Position numbers and translations under genes: made by a program
Shown: positions 23,343 to 29,354 of the stretch, piece after piece
Layout: every line of letters begins with the position of its first letter
Position numbering within the stretch: position 1 is the first letter of the stretch
Virus record (IMG/VR): IMGVR_UViG_3300032225_000733
Span: 1 to 29,354 of that record
Direction: 5' to 3' (one strand)
Length of the DNA stretch: 29,354 nucleotides
From: a virus
Lineage: Duplodnaviria > Caudoviricetes
Notes under the pieces: model-generated
What the model was told of the DNA's origin: nothing
Seen by the model: only the letters and a program-made list of their open reading frames with translations
Databases searched by the model: none

Positions 23343-23716
23343 TTCTGACAAAAGATGAGTTGATGCGCCAGGTAAAGAAGTTCTTGCGTGACCCTGACAG
23401 AGGCATATCCCACAAGATGTTTGCCCAACTCTGCGGTGTAGACATGTGGCACATGCGGGATGTGTTCCTGTATGAGGAGAAACCACTGTCTGAAACCATG
23501 CAAATCAGGGTCAACAAGGGGTATGAAGCCTGGAAACAGGGGTTAATACGCACTATGAAGCGCCGAGATAACACAACATTTGTCGATTACAGGAAGGTTG
23601 CTGAACCTTTTATAGCGCCATCTATGGGTTTGCAGATGAAAAATGGCAAGATTGGTCTACGCATCGGCATGGTCAACCGGCGAGATTATTCACAACGTGA
23701 CCTAAATGGGGAATGA
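23339..23716 (+). CDS. hypothetical protein (possible HTH)
   Basis: 125 aa, ATGA overlap. GISHKMFAQLCGVD...MRDVF is HTH-like. Confidence 0.7.
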   Translation: MILTKDELMRQVKKFLRDPDRGISHKMFAQLCGVDMWHMRDVFLYEEKPLSETMQIRVNKGYEAWKQGLIRTMKRRDNTTFVDYRKVAEPFIAPSMGLQMKNGKIGLRIGMVNRRDYSQRDLNGE

Positions 23717-23717
23717 A

Positions 23718-24146
23718 ATGGCAGTATTAAACGATTACAAGTGCTTGGCACACGGGTATTTTGAGGCTTGGGAAGCCAAATGTCCCAAAGGTTGTGACGG
23801 TGAAGCCGTGGTCAAAGTGTTCTTGCAGCCAGTTGGAATGCGTTCTGACTCCACAAAACACGCTGATACCACCTTGCAAGGATTGGCAAAAGAGTACGGG
23901 ATGTCCGACATCAAGTCAGTGCGAGAGGGTGAAGCCCAGCCAGCCAGGTTTGGCCAACAACAGCGCCAGCAAAATCCTTTTGCCGTGCAATGGGGCGACC
24001 CTAGACAAATCTCTGGCTACAACACTGCCCCTATTGCAGACGAATCTGTTAACGGTCTACAATTGGCCAGGGATACTGGTAGACTCAATTCGCTCAAACC
24101 ATCCGTGGTACAGCATGATCACGAAAACCTTTCAATCCAGAAATGA
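23718..24146 (+). CDS. FmdB-like zinc-ribbon protein
   Basis: MAVLNDYKCLAHGYFEAWEAKCPKGC...VVKVF. Position between terL and portal. Confidence 0.65.
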   Translation: MAVLNDYKCLAHGYFEAWEAKCPKGCDGEAVVKVFLQPVGMRSDSTKHADTTLQGLAKEYGMSDIKSVREGEAQPARFGQQQRQQNPFAVQWGDPRQISGYNTAPIADESVNGLQLARDTGRLNSLKPSVVQHDHENLSIQK

Positions 24147-24154
24147 TATAAATT

Positions 24155-25774
24155 ATGCGTATACCAACCGCACATGATGCACGGGAAGAGTTTTACATCG
24201 ACCTGATGAAAAAGTGTCTGGTGTCGGTTGACCAACGCAAAAATCAATACAACATCCTCAAGTGCTTCTTTTTGTTTGGAGCAGCACCCGACGATCCTCC
24301 GGCCTTGTACAACAAGATTGCGCCGCATATTGATCAACTGAATTCTTTCCTGTACTCATCTGAAACAACAAGATTCAGCATCAATATCGGCGCATCCGTT
24401 GACAAATCAGAACACACCAAGATTCCCGTCTTGACCCGTGCTCTCAACGATGAGTGGCTTAACAGCAACACTGACCAAGTGTTCTCCACCGCCATCAACT
24501 GGTCACTGGTCTACAACTCCACGTTTGTCAAAGTGGTCATGGGCAAGAACGGCAGCATCCAGCCCTACGTCATTGACCCTGGAACAATTGGCGTGTTGCG
24601 AGAAGATCGCCCATACACTGACCAACAAGAAGCAATCTGCCACAAGTACTACATGACCAAGAGTGAGTTGTACACCCGCTTGTACGCACACCCTCAACGT
24701 GACAGTATCTTGCGCCGTGTCTTTGAAGCACCGCCTCCTCAAGAGGAAATGCCCAACGCCATGAACCGGCTGGCTTTCTCCCAGACTCAACCCACCATTA
24801 CCGGTAACGTGGCGCTCTCACTGGAAAGCATGGGACGCTATCAAGCTATTCTTGGCGAGCAAGTGGTTGAGATGGTTGAGATGTGGGTCTGGAACGATGA
24901 CACCTCTGACTACCAAGTGGTCACGATGGCCAGCCCAGACGTTGTGATCTATGACCGCAGCGGCGAATCCATGTTCTTAAAAGGCGAATGCCCGTTTGTT
25001 CAGATCAGCCCTAACCCGCTGTATGACTATTTCTGGGGTCAGTCAGAAGTAGAAAAACTTATTTATCTTCAAGAACTTAGAACAAAACGTGTGGGTGAAA
25101 TCTCCATGCTGTTGGCCAAACAAGTCAACCCGCCCAAAGCGTTTTCTGGATTTATGGGGATTACAGATGAGAAAGCATTTGCCCTTAACTCTCCCTCATC
25201 ATTCATTCTGTCAGACACGCCTGGCGGCAAAGTTGAAGAACTTGCCCCCAAAATGCCGGAAGACTTATTTAAAGAAATTGCCGAGATAGATGCCATGTTC
25301 GCCGAGGCCAGCGGCATCTCCTCTGTCTTGCAAGGCCGTGGCGAGACTGGTGTTCGCTCTGCCGGCCACGCATCCCAGCTTGCCCGTCTGGGGTCAAGCC
25401 GTGCCAAGAAACGTGCGCTGATCATTGAAGACAGTTTGGAAAAGTTGGCTACGCTGTACTTGAAACTCATGCAAGCGTATACCGAAACCAAGTTTGAAGA
25501 CGAAAACGGTATGGCATTTATTGCCGAGCAATTTACCCAAGATTACGTGGTCAAGGTAGATGCTCACAGTAACTCACCAATTTTCATGGAAGACAGCCGA
25601 GATTTGGCGTTCAAGCTGTTTGAGGCAAAGGTCATTGACAAGAAACGTTTGATTGACCTGGTTGACCCGCCCATGAAACAATTGCTCAAAGATGATTTGG
25701 AAAAAGCTGAGAAGAAAGCTGCTATGCAGCCGCCTCAGCCGCAGGGTAAACCCGAGCAACCCAAGGAGAAATGA
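24155..25774 (+). CDS. portal protein
   Basis: 539 aa between terminase and scaffold/capsid. YNKI.PHID.L.SFLY start, PFVQ..PNP..DYFWG.S and SGIS.V.QG......RSA motifs of P22-like portals. Confidence 0.85.
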   Translation: MRIPTAHDAREEFYIDLMKKCLVSVDQRKNQYNILKCFFLFGAAPDDPPALYNKIAPHIDQLNSFLYSSETTRFSINIGASVDKSEHTKIPVLTRALNDEWLNSNTDQVFSTAINWSLVYNSTFVKVVMGKNGSIQPYVIDPGTIGVLREDRPYTDQQEAICHKYYMTKSELYTRLYAHPQRDSILRRVFEAPPPQEEMPNAMNRLAFSQTQPTITGNVALSLESMGRYQAILGEQVVEMVEMWVWNDDTSDYQVVTMASPDVVIYDRSGESMFLKGECPFVQISPNPLYDYFWGQSEVEKLIYLQELRTKRVGEISMLLAKQVNPPKAFSGFMGITDEKAFALNSPSSFILSDTPGGKVEELAPKMPEDLFKEIAEIDAMFAEASGISSVLQGRGETGVRSAGHASQLARLGSSRAKKRALIIEDSLEKLATLYLKLMQAYTETKFEDENGMAFIAEQFTQDYVVKVDAHSNSPIFMEDSRDLAFKLFEAKVIDKKRLIDLVDPPMKQLLKDDLEKAEKKAAMQPPQPQGKPEQPKEK

Positions 25775-25938
25775 TGGCAACAGATCAAGGCATGACCAGA
25801 GGGGTGAGCAACCCCAACAATGAACCCAGATACATGGGATCAAAAGATGTTGCAAGAAAAGAACAAATGTCGTATAAACGCAGTAACGTGAGTGGACAAT
25901 CTTCTAAAAGAGATCAACGCTCTGCAAAAAGAGACTGA
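25771..25938 (+). CDS. small basic hypothetical protein (55 aa)
   Basis: ATGA overlap with the portal stop, AAGGAG upstream. MMATDQGMTRGVSNPNNEPRY...SKRDQRSAKRD*. Confidence 0.55.
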   Translation: MMATDQGMTRGVSNPNNEPRYMGSKDVARKEQMSYKRSNVSGQSSKRDQRSAKRD

Positions 25939-26009
25939 ATTCGGGTAACCGGGTAGGGTATGGCTGCATTCCCTTTCAAAATGTGGCCGCTGTTCAAGGA
26001 GTCATTAAC

Positions 26010-26057
26010 ATGGCACGCAAAGCACGCAAAGGTATGCGTAAATCTAAGCGCAAGTAA
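26010..26057 (+). CDS. 15-aa Arg/Lys-rich micro-peptide
   Basis: AAGGAG SD 8 nt upstream. MARKARKGMRKSKRK*. Confidence 0.6.
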   Translation: MARKARKGMRKSKRK

Positions 26058-26149
26058 TTAAGGGTCAAACCTTAATCTTGTGTGGATTTACCACCCATCA
26101 TTGGCTGTTGGATGGAAACTAACAGCCGCCAATTAACAAAGGAATTGTT

Positions 26150-26584
26150 ATGCCGATGGAAAAGATGATGGAATTGATTCAGCAGGGCCAAGCTCCTGAG
26201 AATACTGACATTCCAGCACCAGATGCAGCCGGTGCAGGGCCTGACGCATCAACACCTCCAATGGCTTCTCCCATGTCTACACCAGAACCAAAGATGGGTA
26301 GCAAGGCAGCAGCAAACATCAATATCCAAATGGCGATGGATTTGCTAGAACAATCCCTCCCAGCATTGGGTAGTGAATCCGAAGAAGGCCAGCAGATCAT
26401 GAAGTCTCTGGCCTCTTTGCATAAGATGTTTGGCAAACGTGAATCCAAAAACCGTGAACTCATGCCAGCCGAAATTCTTCAGATGATTCAAACCCTGCCG
26501 CAAGCAGGTGGCGCATCACCTGAGCAACGCAGCATTGCCCAAGCACCCATGCCTGGTATGCAACAACCTCCACTTCCAATGTAA
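26150..26584 (+). CDS. hypothetical head-module protein (Pro/Gln/Met-rich)
   Basis: 144 aa, AAAGGA SD. Between portal and scaffold. Confidence 0.75.
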   Translation: MPMEKMMELIQQGQAPENTDIPAPDAAGAGPDASTPPMASPMSTPEPKMGSKAAANINIQMAMDLLEQSLPALGSESEEGQQIMKSLASLHKMFGKRESKNRELMPAEILQMIQTLPQAGGASPEQRSIAQAPMPGMQQPPLPM

Positions 26585-26593
26585 GGAAATCAA

Positions 26594-26788
26594 ATGGATA
26601 TTTTGAAACCCCGTGGCTCTTTGCCAATCCGCAAACCCACTGACAACAACATGCAACATGGCGCAGTGTTTAACCCTCCCCGTTTCTCACAATTCGGTGG
26701 CGGCAAAGACGGCACAGCCATCAACAGCCAGATGTACAAAAACAAAATGACGCTTGAGAAACCAGGCGGCACTAAGAAAGTCATCTGA
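26594..26788 (+). CDS. hypothetical protein
   Basis: 64 aa, AAGGA SD. NPPRF..FGG motif. Confidence 0.7.
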   Translation: MDILKPRGSLPIRKPTDNNMQHGAVFNPPRFSQFGGGKDGTAINSQMYKNKMTLEKPGGTKKVI

Positions 26789-26790
26789 TC

Positions 26791-26850
26791 ATGAAAAATC
26801 CATATACGCCAAAACAAAAGCGTAGCTCTGGTCGCACACGCCGTTATTAA
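26791..26850 (+). CDS. 19-aa basic micro-peptide
   Basis: MKNPYTPKQKRSSGRTRRY* fills the gap between two genes. Confidence 0.4.
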   Translation: MKNPYTPKQKRSSGRTRRY

Positions 26851-26867
26851 CATTCTTGGGGATAGCT

Positions 26868-27395
26868 ATGAGTTTAGAAGATATGTCTTACGAAGATCGG
26901 GAAATGGCAAAACTGGCTTACCAGTTAAACCAAAACCCATCCACACGTTCTGCTTTTTTGCAATTGACAAGACAAGTGCGGCCAGATGTGGCTATGCCTG
27001 AGTTGGAAATTGAAGAGCGCACCAACAAAGCTCTGCAACAAGCTGAAGCCAGAGTCGCATCTTTAGAAGCCAAGTTGCAAGAGAAAGAATCAATCAATGA
27101 TCTGGAAAACAGACGGAAAAACTTGATGGACAAAGGGCTGGTTCAAAGCCGCCAAGAAATCCAGCAAGTAGAAAAAATAATGTTGGAAAAAAACATTGTT
27201 GATCATGAAACAGCGGCTGAGTATCATAATTTTATGAAACAAGCCGCCGTTCCAACACCAAGTGGCTACAATCCCAACCCAATGAGGCAGTTTGACTTAA
27301 AGGCATTCCACAAGAATCCTATTCAAGCTGCACGGGATGTGGCTGCACAAGCGATGAGCGAAATTCGTAAACCTGTCAGACCAATCGGTTTGTAA
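26868..27395 (+). CDS. putative capsid scaffolding protein
   Basis: ATG26868 after GGGGA. Charged coiled-coil protein directly upstream of the major capsid gene. Confidence 0.65.
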   Translation: MSLEDMSYEDREMAKLAYQLNQNPSTRSAFLQLTRQVRPDVAMPELEIEERTNKALQQAEARVASLEAKLQEKESINDLENRRKNLMDKGLVQSRQEIQQVEKIMLEKNIVDHETAAEYHNFMKQAAVPTPSGYNPNPMRQFDLKAFHKNPIQAARDVAAQAMSEIRKPVRPIGL

Positions 27396-27434
27396 GGTAG
27401 TTTGGTAAACAGGGGATTTTTTTAGGAGTCTTAA

Positions 27435-28451
27435 ATGGCTATTGGCGGCGGTATCATTCCAAGCACTGGCAGTAGCCAGTACACCGAACTCTCATACGTA
27501 ACCCGTAGAGCGTTCATTCCTAAGTTGGTTGTGCAACTGTACAACTCAACACCCCTGTTGGCTGCTCTTCTGAGCAACTCACAACAAGCATCTGGCGGTG
27601 TGTCCTCTGTGACCGCCCCTGTGCAGGGTTCACAAATGATCACTTCACAGTGGTCAGACTACTCTGGTTCATTTGCCCAGCCTTCCGTCCAGGTCGGCGT
27701 GACAAATGCCGAGTTCAACTTGAAGCTCATGATTGCCCCCGTGCCGTTCCTCGGTATGGAAGGCGCAGTGCAGCAAGACTACGCAGTCATCCCGCTGATT
27801 GAAGCTCGTATGAACGATGCAACAAACAGCATGATGGACAGCATGGCCACTGCCCTGTACAACAACACCACCAACACCCAACAATTCATCGGCTTGCCTG
27901 GTGCTGTGGATGACGGTACAACCTTGGCCACATACGGCAACATCAACCGTACCAGCAACACTTGGTGGAAATCCAAGCTGTATGCAGCCGGTTCTGTTAA
28001 CCCCACTCGTCAGAACTTGTTGCAATACATCAGCGGTACTGTCAAGAACGCTGCTGAAGTTCCAACATTTGGTGTCTGCGGCTTTGGTACATGGACACTG
28101 TTAGCTCAAGACTACGTTGGTCAAGAGTCATACGTCATCACCCCAGGAAAAGGTGTTGGTTTTGACAATGACTCAGACGGCCCTCAATCTGGTTTCCGTG
28201 CCTTGATGGTTGCTGGCGTTCCTATCTATCCTGATCCCTACTGCCCAGAAGGTACAGTGTATTTGCTCAACAGCAACTACATGAGTCTGTACATCCATGA
28301 GCAAGGTTCATTTGCCTTCACAGGCTTTGAGTCCACTTTGGCAAACTTCCAAGTCGGTTATGTTGGCGCTGTGCTGACCATTGCCGAACTGGTGGTGACT
28401 AAGCCTAAAGCAATGACCAAGGTCACTGGCTACAACTCGCTCACCATCTAA
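27435..28451 (+). CDS. major capsid protein
   Basis: 338 aa after scaffold, AGGAG SD. TRRAFIPKLVVQLYNSTPLL, GL...VDDGT....YGNINR....WW and GVPIYPDPYCPEG.VY.LN motifs consistent with an HK97-fold MCP. Confidence 0.88.
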   Translation: MAIGGGIIPSTGSSQYTELSYVTRRAFIPKLVVQLYNSTPLLAALLSNSQQASGGVSSVTAPVQGSQMITSQWSDYSGSFAQPSVQVGVTNAEFNLKLMIAPVPFLGMEGAVQQDYAVIPLIEARMNDATNSMMDSMATALYNNTTNTQQFIGLPGAVDDGTTLATYGNINRTSNTWWKSKLYAAGSVNPTRQNLLQYISGTVKNAAEVPTFGVCGFGTWTLLAQDYVGQESYVITPGKGVGFDNDSDGPQSGFRALMVAGVPIYPDPYCPEGTVYLLNSNYMSLYIHEQGSFAFTGFESTLANFQVGYVGAVLTIAELVVTKPKAMTKVTGYNSLTI

Positions 28452-28462
28452 GGAGAAAATAA

Positions 28463-29354
28463 ATGTTCAATCAAATCGGTTTTGGTGTACGTGGCACTAA
28501 CTGGCCTAACACCCCAATCAATCTTCCCGCTGGTGCGGTCTACACTATTCCAAGTGGTCAGTATTCTGCTCACCTTGGCCCGTACACCGCCATTCAGCAA
28601 TATGATGGCGTTTCACAAATTTGGCGCTTTGTAGAAGCATCTACACAATCTGCTCCTGTTCTTATTTCTTCAGACGGCTTCAACGTCCGCTTGATCAATA
28701 TGACCAGCACAGTGGTTGGCACTGTTATCACAACAGCCGGTTCTGGCTACACCAACGGTATCTACCCCGCTGGTACAGGCTTGGGTACTGCCGCTTCTCC
28801 TACTTGCACATTTACAGCAGGTGGCGGCACAGTGTTGGCAACTGGCAACGTGATTGTCGGTGGTGCTATCAACACCACAGTGACTATCACTACAGCCGGT
28901 AGCAACTACACCAAAGCACCTATCCTGTTGATCTCTGCTCCTCCTGCTGGTGGCGTTCAAGCAACTGCAACTTGCACCATCTCTGGTGGCGCAATCAACG
29001 CAGTGACCGTTACCAACCAAGGCGCTGGTTACACAGCCGCACCAACCATCACTGTGGTCAACGCCAACGGCGACACCACTGGTTCTGGCGCAGTGTTGAC
29101 TGTTAACTCAACATTGGTCGGCTCTGGTACTGTTACCGCAATCACCATCGCCAACAACGGCGCTGGTATGACTTCTGTGCCTACCATCAGCTTTAGCCCT
29201 GCATCAACCACCGCAGCAACTGCTGTGATGTGTTTGGGCATGTTGACATCTGCCACAACTGGCGGCACTGGTTACACCAACGCTGCAACCGCACCGTTTG
29301 TTGCAACATCCAACGTCACTGCTGGTTCATCTGTGTTGACCAACCCAGCGATCA
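28463..29354 (+). CDS. virion structural protein, Thr/Gly-rich (3'-truncated)
   Basis: AAGGAG SD. MFNQIGFGVRG... appears open to the window end, with repeated T.TN.G.GYT.APTI modules. Confidence 0.7.
   Translation, partial: MFNQIGFGVRGTNWPNTPINLPAGAVYTIPSGQYSAHLGPYTAIQQYDGVSQIWRFVEASTQSAPVLISSDGFNVRLINMTSTVVGTVITTAGSGYTNGIYPAGTGLGTAASPTCTFTAGGGTVLATGNVIVGGAINTTVTITTAGSNYTKAPILLISAPPAGGVQATATCTISGGAINAVTVTNQGAGYTAAPTITVVNANGDTTGSGAVLTVNSTLVGSGTVTAITIANNGAGMTSVPTISFSPASTTAATAVMCLGMLTSATTGGTGYTNAATAPFVATSNVTAGSSVLTNPAI

Noticed and set aside
1-29354. tRNA/rRNA genes, DGR, reverse transcriptase, alternative genetic code
   Set aside because: No cloverleaf or T-loop signature noticed, no RT motif or TR/VR pair, and genes tile densely under the standard code with TAA, TGA and TAG all used as stops.

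Overview
The window is most of a tailed dsDNA phage genome with podovirus-like architecture: a P22-gp10-like tail/DNA-stabilisation protein followed by several large putative ejection proteins, and no tape measure. Spanin genes indicate a Gram-negative host, and CTG-N10-CAG SOS boxes point to a beta/gamma-proteobacterium. Plus strand 1-14843 carries the tail-fibre end, an unusually large lysis/envelope cassette (Rz with embedded Rz1, M15 endolysin, a second lipoprotein/TM pair), small basic proteins, tail hub, ejection proteins and an 881-aa beta-rich structural protein. Minus strand 14773-20913 is the early block: PD-(D/E)xK nuclease, SSB-like protein, RecT-like annealase, YqaJ exonuclease, many small ORFs and an SprT-like protein. 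A divergent control region (20914-21375) holds a LexA box and a perfect DnaA box. Plus strand 21376-end carries terminase, portal, scaffold, major capsid and a truncated structural gene. Most notable: (i) no recognisable replication initiator, polymerase, primase, helicase, integrase or repressor in the early block, which instead contains a promoter, a ~100-nt kissing-loop/attenuator RNA and a ~300-nt hairpin array (18526-18961); (ii) five CTGTTTAAACR sites within 1.8 kb of early genes; (iii) repeated translation-initiation leaders; (iv) two SOS boxes; (v) unannotated basic micro-peptides in the head module. All family calls come from motif recognition, not database searches.
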